Source of the DNA: Eubacteriales bacterium
GTDB lineage: Bacteria > Bacillota > Clostridia > Oscillospirales > CAG-272
Assembly: GCA_045632705.1 (NCBI GenBank)
Contig: JAZQXE010000103.1
Location: 381 to 64,380, forward strand
DNA length: 64,000 nt
Direction of reading: 5' to 3'
Below the pieces are notes generated by a model that did no database searches, had not been told where the DNA came from, and saw only the letters and a list, made by a program, of their open reading frames with translations. The translations under genes and the position numbers were made by a program. Below are positions 16,665 to 26,076 of this stretch, one piece after another. Position 1 is the first letter of the stretch. Every line of letters begins with the position of its first letter.

Positions 16665-18196
16665 CGGTAGATAAGGAGCTTTCGCTCTTATCCTGGTATT
16701 CGGATCTTGCCAAAACCACCGTCCCCGCATTTTTTTGTCTTTATTCGGATAAAAACAGATATCTTGTGCTCAAGGGTGGAGGCGGCTCCGGAAAGAGTAT
16801 CTTTGCGGGGCGTAAAATTCTTGAGCGTGCATTGAGTGAGCGCGGTCACCGAATACTTGTCGTGCGCAAGGTCGGAAAAACGCTTAAGCAGTCCTGCTAC
16901 AAGCAGCTGCTCGGTCAGCTTGGCAAAAACTATCCGCATCTGCGTGTTGGGCGCGACTACGTAGTCAACAAATCCGATATGACTATCAGATTTGGCAATA
17001 CCGATTCCGAGATAATCTTTTCGGGTATAGACGACCCTGAAAAGCTGAAGTCAATATACGGTATAACGTGTATATGGATAGAGGAGGCAAGCGAGCTTAC
17101 CGAGTCGGATTTCGACCAGCTTGACATTCGTATGCGTGACCGCACTCCGTATTATAAGCAGATAATTATCACCTTCAATCCGATATCCGTCGTGCATTGG
17201 CTCAAAAAACGGTTTTTTGACCGTTCTGATCCTCGTGCGACGATATCGGAGACGACGTATAAGGATAATCCGTTTCTCTCGCACGAGGCGATAGAAACGC
17301 TCGTAGCCTTTAAAGAAACGAATCCCTATTACTATACCGTCTATTGTCTTGGTCAGTGGGGCGTTACGGGGGATACGGTATTTGACGGCGGTGCGCTGTC
17401 AGAGAGATTGCAAACTCTTGCCCCGCCACAGCGGCGAGGGACGTTTAGCTACCTCCTTGACGACGCTGAGCGTATCCGGCGCTACGAGTGGGAGCAGGAC
17501 TCTGCAGGCTTTATCAGTATATTCAAAAACAGAGAGGCGGGGCATCCGTACGTTATCGGAGCGGATACGGCGGGAGACGGCTCGGATTCGTGTGCCGCGC
17601 AGGTGATAGATAATTCAAGCGGAGAGCAGGTGGCGGTGCTTTGGAAGAGAAAGCTTGACGAAGACGAATTTGCACGTCAGCTCTACTGCCTCGGACGCTA
17701 CTATAACGACGCTTTGATCGGAGTTGAGACGAATTTTTCGACTTATCCCGCAAGGGAGCTTGAGCGTTTGCGTTATCCAAGACAATACGTCAGGGAAACG
17801 GTGGATAATTTCACCCACAAGCTGACTCACTCATATGGCTTTCGTACCGATTCAAAGACAAGGCCGCTTCTCGTTGCGGGGCTCGTGCGGTACGTGCGGG
17901 AGCATCCCGAGGACGTAAATCACGACGCGACCATTCACGAGATGCTGACCTTCGTGAGAAATTCAAAATGGAGAGCAGAGGCGGAGGCGGGTGCGCACGA
18001 CGATCTCGTTATGGCTCTCGGAATTGCACATCAGATAAGAGACGCGCAGAGTTATCTGGTGGAAACTGCCCACTCGGGCGTCGAGTGGACGGCGTCTATG
18101 TACGAGGACTACAAGAACGCTTCGCCCAAGGTAAGAGAATATCTGCGCTCGGTCTGGGGAGCACCGCCGCCGAGAAGAAACGGGAGGAATCAATGA
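16661..18196 (+). CDS. terL: terminase large subunit
   Basis: Walker A in LVLKGGGGSGKS, then CIWIEEASE (Walker B-like), and a C-terminal nuclease region with GADTAGDGSDSCA and HDDLVMALGIA. Confidence 0.9.
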   Translation: MTVDKELSLLSWYSDLAKTTVPAFFCLYSDKNRYLVLKGGGGSGKSIFAGRKILERALSERGHRILVVRKVGKTLKQSCYKQLLGQLGKNYPHLRVGRDYVVNKSDMTIRFGNTDSEIIFSGIDDPEKLKSIYGITCIWIEEASELTESDFDQLDIRMRDRTPYYKQIIITFNPISVVHWLKKRFFDRSDPRATISETTYKDNPFLSHEAIETLVAFKETNPYYYTVYCLGQWGVTGDTVFDGGALSERLQTLAPPQRRGTFSYLLDDAERIRRYEWEQDSAGFISIFKNREAGHPYVIGADTAGDGSDSCAAQVIDNSSGEQVAVLWKRKLDEDEFARQLYCLGRYYNDALIGVETNFSTYPARELERLRYPRQYVRETVDNFTHKLTHSYGFRTDSKTRPLLVAGLVRYVREHPEDVNHDATIHEMLTFVRNSKWRAEAEAGAHDDLVMALGIAHQIRDAQSYLVETAHSGVEWTASMYEDYKNASPKVREYLRSVWGAPPPRRNGRNQ

Positions 18197-20142
18197 ACGA
18201 AAAAGAAAAAGCGAAGACAAGACTCTCTAAATGGCAAGAGCGCTTCAGATCCGCTTTCAACGCATATGCAACCGAGCTTTCGCGAATGGACGAGAGGGAG
18301 GCACTATACAGAGGCAGTAACGTAGTTGAGCCGATATTTGATACTGACAAAAGATCTACCACGCCCCTGGTGCGAAACGTCATCTCGGAAAATATAGAAT
18401 CATGCATAAACACTAACGTCCCCGCTCCGAGAGTAACTGCCATAAGAGAGGAGGACGTGCATCTTGCCCGTATGATAGAGGATATGCTCTATTGCGAGCT
18501 TGACCGACTTCCGATAGAAGAGCTAAACGACCTTGACGAGAGGCTCTGCCCCATACACGGCAGTTCCTTTTTCCTCGTTGAATGGGATACGTCCGAATAT
18601 TCAATGTCCGAGATAGGTGACGTCGTACTCACGCAGCTCGGAGCGAGAATGGTAATACCGCAAAACGGAGTGACGAGCTCCGTTGAGGATATGGAATATT
18701 TCTTCATTCGCGTTCCGCAGACGAAAGGATATATAAAGCGCAGATACGGTATCGACGTATCCGACGAGTCGGAGCAATACCCCGAAATCAGAGGAGAAGA
18801 ATACGAAACGAGCGATGATATGGTAACACAGATATACGTCTATTACCGAAACGCCCACGGCGGTATCGGCGTTATGAGCTGGGTGTACGATACCATACTT
18901 GAGGATAACGACGACTATCAGGCTCACAGACAAAGAATATGCAAAAAGTGCGGTGCGCCCGAGCCTGCTTTCTTTACGGAGTCTTTTATTGATCAGACTC
19001 TTGACGGTAATATACCAACCTCGGAGAGTGAAAAGGCAGGGAAAAACGAGTGCCCGTACTGCCATAGCTTTGAGTGGGAGGATTCAAAGTACGACTACGA
19101 GGAGATATACGAGCCCGTTGAGCTGCTCGGAGAGCAGCTCGTGCCGGAAACGAGACCCATGCTTGACGAGTTCGGCGCACCGATACTTGACGCCGACGGT
19201 ATGGCTTGCGTTACGGTAGAGCCTATACGCATACCTTACTACAAGCCCAATATCTTTCCTCTCGTCGTGAGAAAGAACATATCCGTATTCGGTTCTTTTC
19301 TCGGTGAGAGCGACGTTGAGAGAATGAAAACGCAACAAAACGTGCTGAACCGCCTCAGCGCAAAAATGCTCAAAAAGAACCTTGGCGGAGGTACCGTGCT
19401 TTCCTTGCCGGACGACGCAGAGATAACGTTAGAAGATACTGATGGCGGAGATCTTCGCATCATCAGACCTCGGGACGTAGCGTCCGCACAGCTGATACGC
19501 ACCTTTACTCTCGAGGGTGATATATCGGGGGATCTGTTGCTTTATAAAGAAGCGTACGAGGAGGCGCGGCAGATAATCGGCGTGACGGATTCGCTCCAAG
19601 GGAGGCGTGACGCTACCGCAACGAGTGCAAAGGCAAAGCAATTTTCAGCCGCACAGTCGCAGGGCAGACTCGAGTCAAAGAGAGTAATGAAAAACGCCGC
19701 CTGGGCAAAGGTCTACGAGCTTATATTCAAATTCAAGCTATCCTACGCCCACGACAAGCGTCCGATAGTGTCGCGAAAGAACGTCGGTGAAACGATATAT
19801 ACCGAGTTTGACCGTATGAAGTTTCTATATCGTGACGAGGCGGGTGAGTACCGTTGGAACGATAGATTTCTTTTTTCTTGCGACGACGACGCGCCTCTTA
19901 TGCGAGATCGTGCGATGATGTGGACGGAGGCGGCAACCAACCTTGCACGCGGGGCGTACGGAGATCCTACGTCTGTTGACGCGCTTCTCATATATTGGAA
20001 TATCCTGCATTCCTTCCATTATCCTGGTGCAAATTTAGTTAAGGAGGAATTGTTGCGAAAAAAGGAAGCAGATGAAAAAAACGCAGCTGCTATGCCGATA
20101 AATGGCGCTATAGGTGGCGTTATTCCCAAACTTGAAAAGTAA
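18193..20142 (+). CDS. portal protein (649 aa) with a Cys4 zinc-ribbon-like insertion
   Basis: SD GGGAGGA lies 5 nt before ATG 18193, which overlaps the terL stop as ATGA. Assignment rests on size and position after terL. The insertion reads CKKCGAPEP...CPYCHSFEW. Confidence 0.7.
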   Translation: MNEKEKAKTRLSKWQERFRSAFNAYATELSRMDEREALYRGSNVVEPIFDTDKRSTTPLVRNVISENIESCINTNVPAPRVTAIREEDVHLARMIEDMLYCELDRLPIEELNDLDERLCPIHGSSFFLVEWDTSEYSMSEIGDVVLTQLGARMVIPQNGVTSSVEDMEYFFIRVPQTKGYIKRRYGIDVSDESEQYPEIRGEEYETSDDMVTQIYVYYRNAHGGIGVMSWVYDTILEDNDDYQAHRQRICKKCGAPEPAFFTESFIDQTLDGNIPTSESEKAGKNECPYCHSFEWEDSKYDYEEIYEPVELLGEQLVPETRPMLDEFGAPILDADGMACVTVEPIRIPYYKPNIFPLVVRKNISVFGSFLGESDVERMKTQQNVLNRLSAKMLKKNLGGGTVLSLPDDAEITLEDTDGGDLRIIRPRDVASAQLIRTFTLEGDISGDLLLYKEAYEEARQIIGVTDSLQGRRDATATSAKAKQFSAAQSQGRLESKRVMKNAAWAKVYELIFKFKLSYAHDKRPIVSRKNVGETIYTEFDRMKFLYRDEAGEYRWNDRFLFSCDDDAPLMRDRAMMWTEAATNLARGAYGDPTSVDALLIYWNILHSFHYPGANLVKEELLRKKEADEKNAAAMPINGAIGGVIPKLEK

Positions 20143-20228
20143 ACAAAGAGCCTTCTGCCGTACCGCGATCGGAGCGCACGATACGGCGGAGATATTCGAG
20201 AAGAAAAAAAGGGAAAGGAGGGGATAGT

Positions 20229-20351
20229 ATGGCAAAGAATTACGAGATCAAAAATACGGGTGCGCAGATATCTAAGGCACCTAAAAACGTTACTGCGCCG
20301 TCACTTGTAAAGGGAGTGCGCGGAAACGATCTGAGACAGGGACATAAGTAA
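20229..20351 (+). CDS. 40-aa basic protein
   Basis: Strong SD aaaggagggg. Too short to appear in the ORF track. Sequence MAKNYEIKNTGAQISKAPKNVTAPSLVKGVRGNDLRQGHK. Confidence 0.4.
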   Translation: MAKNYEIKNTGAQISKAPKNVTAPSLVKGVRGNDLRQGHK

Positions 20352-20430
20352 AAAACAGAGGTGGAACTTACCTCTTACTGCGCTCCGTTACCTCAGCTGA
20401 AAAGAGTAAAAATCGAAAGGAAAAGGAAAA

Positions 20431-21405
20431 ATGATAACCATAACGAAGTTGGACGGAAGCACGACGCAGATAGATTCAGAGTCGTCGGATAGCGCAAACA
20501 TTCAGGGTGTCGCTGACCCCGATCCGTCCGAGAACGGCGCAAACGAGCAGAGCGTCGCCGACTCTGTAAATGGAGTGGTTACAGAAAACGGATCCGAGCC
20601 GTCGTCGGATACAGGTTCAGAGAATGGGGACTGCCCCGACTTTGAACAGGTAGACGGTGAGAGACGCGGCGTTCAGGATGCGCGTACGAATTCAAAATAC
20701 GCCGCCGCAAGACGCGCGGCGAAAAAGAAGGCGGACGCAGCCGTTGAAAACGCAAAAAAAGAAGCGGAGGCAGCGGCAAAAGAAAGAATAGAGGGCTTTA
20801 TCAGACAGATGAATCTAAAAGCCCCCGACGGTCGTAGGATAAGCACCGAGGAAGAATATAACGAGTTTCTCTCCCAGAGAAAGGGTGAGAGACTCAAGGA
20901 GGATATATCGGAGAAAACCGGAATGTCGGTCGAGAATATCGACTCGCTCATTTCTTCTCACCCCGACGTTGAAGCGGCACGCGAGGCAACGGCTGCCGCA
21001 CGGGCTGCATCCGAGGCAATAGCGTCGGAGAGAGCGCAGAAGGCGGTAGCGGATGAGGTAGAGAAGATACGTGCGGAGTTTCCCGAGATAAACGATATAG
21101 AAGATATCGTCAGACTGCCGAGATACAAAGAGATAAAAGAAAAGGTAGAGGTGGGTTATTCGCTGTCGGATGCCGTAAAGCTCGTTTACGAGGATACGTA
21201 TATCGGACGCAGAACGGCAGCGGCAGTACAAAGGCAAAAAAACGCGACGTATTCGGCATCCCACCTCTCTGCCACGAGAGCCCACGGCGTCGGTGGCGTA
21301 GAAGTTACCGAGGCACAGATACGGTCGTATATGGCAGGGATCCCTGGCGCTTCAAGGGCGGACGCTATCGCGGCGTACCAAAAATACAAGCCGAAGAGAA
21401 AATAA
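20431..21405 (+). CDS. scaffolding protein
   Basis: It sits between the portal and capsid genes. The N-terminus is acidic and low-complexity, followed by A/E/K-rich helical repeats. Confidence 0.6.
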   Translation: MITITKLDGSTTQIDSESSDSANIQGVADPDPSENGANEQSVADSVNGVVTENGSEPSSDTGSENGDCPDFEQVDGERRGVQDARTNSKYAAARRAAKKKADAAVENAKKEAEAAAKERIEGFIRQMNLKAPDGRRISTEEEYNEFLSQRKGERLKEDISEKTGMSVENIDSLISSHPDVEAAREATAAARAASEAIASERAQKAVADEVEKIRAEFPEINDIEDIVRLPRYKEIKEKVEVGYSLSDAVKLVYEDTYIGRRTAAAVQRQKNATYSASHLSATRAHGVGGVEVTEAQIRSYMAGIPGASRADAIAAYQKYKPKRK

Positions 21406-21420
21406 AGAAAGGATAAGAAA

Positions 21421-22428
21421 ATGGCAAACATTATATTAAGCGAGGGCTCCGGCTCTCTCAATCAGCTGATAGGAAATATTCAGGTGCCCCTGGCATCTTA
21501 CGTTGATTCTACCGCAATATCATCCGAGAGAGCGGCGGTAGGACTCAAGATCTTTACAAAGAGAAAGTCAACGAATTTCGGAGAGGGATACGGCGGTGCT
21601 ACGGGTATTGACGACTTTGCTCCCGTCGGTGAGAACGGAGACTATCCCCTTACCGGCTTTACCGATAAGAAGCTCAAGACTCTGCTCAACGAGACCTGGA
21701 AGCAGTCGATAAAGATATCACGCGAGATGCTCGACGACGCTCACGGCAACTTTGAGCGCATCATAAAGCAGGGCGGTTCGCTTCCTCGTGCGTATTACAG
21801 AACTATCGACAGATTTCTTGCAAATCTGCTCGGTACGGCTCTTAGCGGTAACAAGAGCTTTACGTCGGGTACGGCTACCTTCGATGCTACCTCTTACGAC
21901 GAGGAGTGTGTATTCTCCACCGCTCACACAAATTTGGGAGAGGGCGCAGAGGTACAGTCTAACGCCTTCAAGGACGCTTTCTCAGCTGACGTTCTCGGTG
22001 AGCTTACCACGAGAATGCAGAACTTTACCGACGACAAGGGGCAGACGCTCGGTCTTAATCCCGATACCATAATCATCCCCAACGTCCAGAGCATCAAGCA
22101 GGCAGTATTTGCGGCGGTAGGCTCGGACAAGCTCCCCGGAACTTCCTTTAACGATATGAACTACCTCTCGGGCAATTTCCACGTTCTCGTGTGGCCTGAG
22201 CTTAACAAGTTCATAACCGGAGATAGCGTTCCGTTCGTGCTTCAGGACAGCTCCTTTAACGCGGATGCGGACTGTGCTATATTCCAGGAGAGAGAGGAGC
22301 TTGAGATAACGGACAAGTGGGAGGACAACGACGCGTACTGGCTCAAGGGCCGCGGACGCTATACGGGCGGATTTGCGGACTGGAGAGGTATGATCGCGGG
22401 CGGTCTTTCCTTTGGTACTCAGCTCTGA
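21421..22428 (+). CDS. major capsid protein
   Basis: Assignment rests on position after the scaffold gene, the 335-aa size, and a partial terminator directly downstream. Confidence 0.7.
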   Translation: MANIILSEGSGSLNQLIGNIQVPLASYVDSTAISSERAAVGLKIFTKRKSTNFGEGYGGATGIDDFAPVGENGDYPLTGFTDKKLKTLLNETWKQSIKISREMLDDAHGNFERIIKQGGSLPRAYYRTIDRFLANLLGTALSGNKSFTSGTATFDATSYDEECVFSTAHTNLGEGAEVQSNAFKDAFSADVLGELTTRMQNFTDDKGQTLGLNPDTIIIPNVQSIKQAVFAAVGSDKLPGTSFNDMNYLSGNFHVLVWPELNKFITGDSVPFVLQDSSFNADADCAIFQEREELEITDKWEDNDAYWLKGRGRYTGGFADWRGMIAGGLSFGTQL

Positions 22429-22441
22429 TGGGTAGGGCAAC

Positions 22442-22469
22442 GGGGGCGGATATATTCTGCCCCCATTTT
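22442..22469 (+). terminator. candidate (leaky) terminator after the capsid gene
   Basis: GGGGGC, an 11-nt loop, GCCCCC, then ATTTT. Confidence 0.45.
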
Positions 22470-22484
22470 CAGAGGAGGGCGTAA

Positions 22485-23309
22485 ATGCTCGTAACGGTAA
22501 AAAATGAAATAGACGGAGTCTCCCGCCTTTATCGCGGACACGGAATACCCGAGGATACGCTTGCCGCGTGGCTGGGGGACGTTGACGGTTACGTCAGGCG
22601 GGAGATACTTCTTATAAACGACGACTTTGAGGATTACAGCTACACCCTGGCACCCGACACGGAGCTGCTTGTCAGTGAGGCGCCGTACAGACGGATGTAT
22701 TTCCTCTATCTGTCCGCTATGATAGATTTTGTAAACAAACAGTACGATACCTATGCCAATGAGCTTGCGGAATATAACGGCGTACTCTCTGCATACCGTC
22801 ACTTCGTAGTAACGAGATACGATCCCGCGCACACGGGCAGTAAAGTAAACGGTTGCTACCTCTCTGCCTATTCTCTTGCGAGAAAATACGGCTACGTAGG
22901 TACCGAGCAGGAGTGGGTAGAGGCGGTGGAAAACGCACGTAGATCTTCGGGCGAAAGTGCCGGGCACTCGCTTGAATATTCGGAGCTTTCACGCAAGTAT
23001 GCAAACGAAAGTGCCACAAGTGCTACCGAAGCTTTCAGATCGTACAAAAACGCAGAAAATATTTCAATGGGTGTAAATAAAGCACTAAATGAATGCGTCT
23101 TGGCAAAAAAAGCCGCGGAGGAGCGTGCGGGCGAGGTCGCTGACACGCTTGAGCTTATCAGAGAAAAGCTCGCATCGGGTGAGTTTAACGGTTATACGCC
23201 AAAGAAGGGTGTCGACTATTTTACTGACGAGGACAAGGCAGAGATAGTTTCGCTTGCCCTCGACGCCTTGCCCCGCGCAGAAGACGCGTCGTTTCCCGTG
23301 GAGGTGTAA
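22485..23309 (+). CDS. hypothetical virion protein
   Basis: SD ggaggg, in the late operon. The C-terminal GYTPKKGVDYFTDEDK resembles motifs in Firmicutes phage fibre/adaptor proteins (weak). Confidence 0.5.
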   Translation: MLVTVKNEIDGVSRLYRGHGIPEDTLAAWLGDVDGYVRREILLINDDFEDYSYTLAPDTELLVSEAPYRRMYFLYLSAMIDFVNKQYDTYANELAEYNGVLSAYRHFVVTRYDPAHTGSKVNGCYLSAYSLARKYGYVGTEQEWVEAVENARRSSGESAGHSLEYSELSRKYANESATSATEAFRSYKNAENISMGVNKALNECVLAKKAAEERAGEVADTLELIREKLASGEFNGYTPKKGVDYFTDEDKAEIVSLALDALPRAEDASFPVEV

Positions 23310-24061
23310 TGCGCTTGGAAAGATACGGTATAGAACGTGATACGCTTGACAGGCTTGCCACCGTTTTGCAGACGCTTGGCGGAATATCCGAAGCACTCAC
23401 TCCCGCCGAGATGATACGGCAGATAGAAAATAAAATATCCCTTGACAGAGCCTACTACGAAAGCGACGAGGGAGCGGAATTTATAAATCCCTATATCACT
23501 TATATCGGATATAGGCACTTTAATAACGTCGCGCACCTCGTTTCGATAAAATGCAAAAACGTAAAGACTCTGGGCGTGCAGGCGTTGCGATATTGCAGTA
23601 ATTTAGCATCGGTCGAGCTGCCGTCGTTGACCTTGGCGCAGGACGGGTGCTTTTATGGGCCAAACAACGTCGTGAGTTTTGACCTACAAGAGCTCGTGAC
23701 GACGGAAAAAAACGCATTCAGAGACTGCGTAAATGCCACGTCCTTTAATTTGCCAAAGCTGAAAACTGTAGAGACCACCTGCTTTTGCGGATGTACGGCG
23801 CTCGGGTCTATCAGCTTACCGTCCGCTACCTATATCGGAGGCGGGGCGTTCAGAGACTGCAACGCGCTTGAGTACGTGGTTTTGAGCGGTCGGGAGGTGT
23901 GTACACTCGGCAGTCATCCCTTCAGCTCTTCAACGATAGGAGCGTCATTCAGGGCGTTCTACGTACCGGATGAGCTCGTATCGGTCTATCGCGCCACTAC
24001 TAACTGGACGGTATATGCCGATTATATCCTACCATTGTCCGAATTGGAGGCAGAAGAATGA
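23309..24061 (+). CDS. BspA-type leucine-rich-repeat protein (candidate receptor-binding protein)
   Basis: Repeated ~23-aa units contain F.x.C.x.L.x.(I/V).LP (AFRDCVNATSFNLPKL, CFCGCTALGSISLPSA, GAFRDCNALEYVVLS). Confidence 0.7.
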   Translation: MRLERYGIERDTLDRLATVLQTLGGISEALTPAEMIRQIENKISLDRAYYESDEGAEFINPYITYIGYRHFNNVAHLVSIKCKNVKTLGVQALRYCSNLASVELPSLTLAQDGCFYGPNNVVSFDLQELVTTEKNAFRDCVNATSFNLPKLKTVETTCFCGCTALGSISLPSATYIGGGAFRDCNALEYVVLSGREVCTLGSHPFSSSTIGASFRAFYVPDELVSVYRATTNWTVYADYILPLSELEAEE

Positions 24062-24243
24062 TAATACAACAAAAATTCAACGACCGGCTCGTGCGTACAT
24101 ATAGTGATAAGGGAAATAAGATAGAGCAGCAAGAGACGCGTGTCGTCTACGACGAGGCGATAGATCTCTCTCCCTGCCGTTTTACCTACAAGGAGACCGA
24201 TATACCTTTAGAAACCGAGGAGGCTGAGAATGACGGTACTTGA
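24058..24243 (+). CDS. hypothetical protein
   Basis: SD ggaggc, with ATGA overlap to the upstream stop. Confidence 0.45.
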   Translation: MIIQQKFNDRLVRTYSDKGNKIEQQETRVVYDEAIDLSPCRFTYKETDIPLETEEAENDGT

Positions 24244-25024
24244 CGTTGAGAAATGTCCGCTATTCAGAGAGAGCGGGAGTACGGTGTTGATAACGCCGTT
24301 TGGCAAAAATATAAAGGACTATCCGAAAAAGGGGTCGTATGGCGATCACTATGGCGTAGATATAGTGAGAAACGTTGGTTATAACACTACCGCCGACGTA
24401 ACCGCAATAGATGACGGGGTGATAGTTGAGCTTCGGCGCGACGTGCAGGGGACGGACCACGTCAAAAATACGGCGGGAAACTATATAAAGCTCTCGCACG
24501 GAAACGGATACTTTTCAAGATACCTGCATCTCAAATACGCCTCTGTCCCCGAGTCGCTTGCCGTCGGCGTCACCGTCAGACGAGGCGAGGTCATCGGTCG
24601 TATGGGAAATACGGGTGACTCTTACGGTGCTCATCTTCATTTTGAGATCGAGAAGGATGGAGAAAAGGTCGACCCCGTTCCGTATATTACGGGAGAAAAG
24701 AAATTTACCGACGAGGAGAACGATATGTACAGAGTTATTATAGACGCGGAATACGACGAAATGAAAAAGGCTGACGCGATGTGCGATATGCTTGCCGCTT
24801 TCGGTATCAGAGCGCTCGCTGTGAGCAACGGAAAAGAAGCTGAGGGAAAGAGCGTATCCACCGTCACGCACAAGGTAGTAAAGGGAGATACCCTTGGAAA
24901 GATAGCAAAGAAATACGGTGTGTCGGTTGACGAGATAGTAGAGGATAACAAGCAGAAATATCCGAAGATCACCCCCTCGTACATCGTCGTAGGCTGGGAG
25001 CTTGTCATCGGAGAGAAAAAGTAA
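24230..25024 (+). CDS. M23 peptidase plus LysM peptidoglycan hydrolase (lysin)
   Basis: M23 motifs are GDHYGVDI ... NYIKLSHGNGYFSRYLHL ... GNTGDSYGAHLHFEI. The C-terminal LysM is HKVVKGDTLGKIAKKYGVSVDEIVEDN. Confidence 0.9.
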   Translation: MTVLDVEKCPLFRESGSTVLITPFGKNIKDYPKKGSYGDHYGVDIVRNVGYNTTADVTAIDDGVIVELRRDVQGTDHVKNTAGNYIKLSHGNGYFSRYLHLKYASVPESLAVGVTVRRGEVIGRMGNTGDSYGAHLHFEIEKDGEKVDPVPYITGEKKFTDEENDMYRVIIDAEYDEMKKADAMCDMLAAFGIRALAVSNGKEAEGKSVSTVTHKVVKGDTLGKIAKKYGVSVDEIVEDNKQKYPKITPSYIVVGWELVIGEKK

Positions 25025-25028
25025 AACT

Positions 25029-25250
25029 ATGAAAAGTATAAAAGAAACGGAAAGCGCCGTCGAAAACGTAACGAAAAAGAAACGCACGACTCACAGGGTA
25101 GCGCACGGAGAGGGGATAGCGCACGTTTGCGCAAGGTATGCTCTATCCGAGCGTGATATACTGCTTGCCAACTCCCGAAAATACCCCGCCATTTCAAAGA
25201 GCTACGTAGCAGAGGGGTGGGTGCTCGATATACCTGCGAGGAGGTGTTGA
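25029..25250 (+). CDS. small LysM-like protein
   Basis: HRVAHGEGIAHVCARYALSERDILLANS...GWVLDIP resembles a LysM motif. Confidence 0.45.
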   Translation: MKSIKETESAVENVTKKKRTTHRVAHGEGIAHVCARYALSERDILLANSRKYPAISKSYVAEGWVLDIPARRC

Positions 25251-25252
25251 GC

Positions 25253-25579
25253 ATGCAATATATATGGGCAGTGGTGCTTGCGGGCGCGAGCGCGTTCGTT
25301 TTATTGTCAAACGCCGCCGAGAAGGCAGTAAAGGCGTACAAAGCCGCAAAAGCACCGCACGGTGAGCAAAACAAACGCCTTGAAGAGCTTGAGCGCTGGA
25401 GAGACGAGGTCGATTGCAAGCTGACGCGTGACAACGACAGACTTTTTGCTATCGACGAGTCGAACAGAGTAACGCAACGTGCTATCCTCGCCTTGCTCGA
25501 TCACGGCATAGACGGTAATAATACCGATCAGATGAAGCACGCAAAGGAAGAATTGCAAAATCATCTGATCAACAGATAG
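25253..25579 (+). CDS. N-terminally anchored coiled-coil protein (lysis-associated?)
   Basis: The TM segment MQYIWAVVLAGASAFVLLS is followed by helical sequence. It lies between the lysin and holin genes. Confidence 0.5.
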   Translation: MQYIWAVVLAGASAFVLLSNAAEKAVKAYKAAKAPHGEQNKRLEELERWRDEVDCKLTRDNDRLFAIDESNRVTQRAILALLDHGIDGNNTDQMKHAKEELQNHLINR

Positions 25580-25588
25580 GAGAGGGAT

Positions 25589-25870
25589 ATGGATATAAAC
25601 AACTACGTCGTGCCGATAGTACTCGTAATATGCCTGTGCGTCGGCTTTATCCTGAAGCACCTTGTCAGAGGCGAGAGTATAAACAAGCTCATTCCGCTGA
25701 TAGTCGCCTTGATAGGTATTCTCGTAGCCGTATGGGAGGCAGGCTGGGAATTGTCTCCCGATACGATCGCTACGGGACTCGTCAGCGGTCTTGCCTCGAC
25801 CGGCTCCTACGAGGGCTACAAGGGAATAAAAAAGCTCGTCACCGAGCTTTTTTCGGATAAGAATGAATAG
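25589..25870 (+). CDS. holin
   Basis: The protein is 93 aa with TM segments (VVPIVLVICLCVGFIL; LIPLIVALIGILVAVW; ATGLVSGLAS). The pattern recalls Hol44-type holins. It is adjacent to the lysin gene. Confidence 0.65.
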   Translation: MDINNYVVPIVLVICLCVGFILKHLVRGESINKLIPLIVALIGILVAVWEAGWELSPDTIATGLVSGLASTGSYEGYKGIKKLVTELFSDKNE

Positions 25871-25875
25871 AGAGA

Positions 25876-25899
25876 GGGGGAGTGTCAGCTCCCCTTTTT
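25876..25899 (+). terminator. rho-independent terminator after the holin gene
   Basis: GGGGAG-tgtcag-CTCCCC followed by TTTTT. Confidence 0.7.
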
Positions 25900-25915
25900 G
25901 TGAAAGGTGAAACTT

Positions 25916-26074
25916 ATGGAATTATTAAAGACCAAGCTCCCGCAAAAGAAGAAGGACGGAAGAGAGGACGTAAACGAGCTGATCTCCGCACTCAAGGCGC
26001 AAAGAGATGATCTGAACGCCATTTTGGAGCTTATGGACAGGCGTATTTCGACGCTTGAGCGCGGAGGGAGGTAA
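25916..26074 (+). CDS. 52-aa coiled-coil protein
   Basis: Not in the ORF track because it is shorter than 60 aa. ATG at 25916, and its stop lies 2 nt before the next ATG. Confidence 0.4.
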   Translation: MELLKTKLPQKKKDGREDVNELISALKAQRDDLNAILELMDRRISTLERGGR

Positions 26075-26076
26075 AT

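Noticed and set aside
17968-18192. Upstream 75-codon extension of the portal ORF given in the ORF track
   Set aside because: The extension overlaps the terL 3-prime end in another frame and translates to G/R-rich junk. A strong SD (GGGAGGA) and an ATGA overlap support ATG 18193 as the true start.
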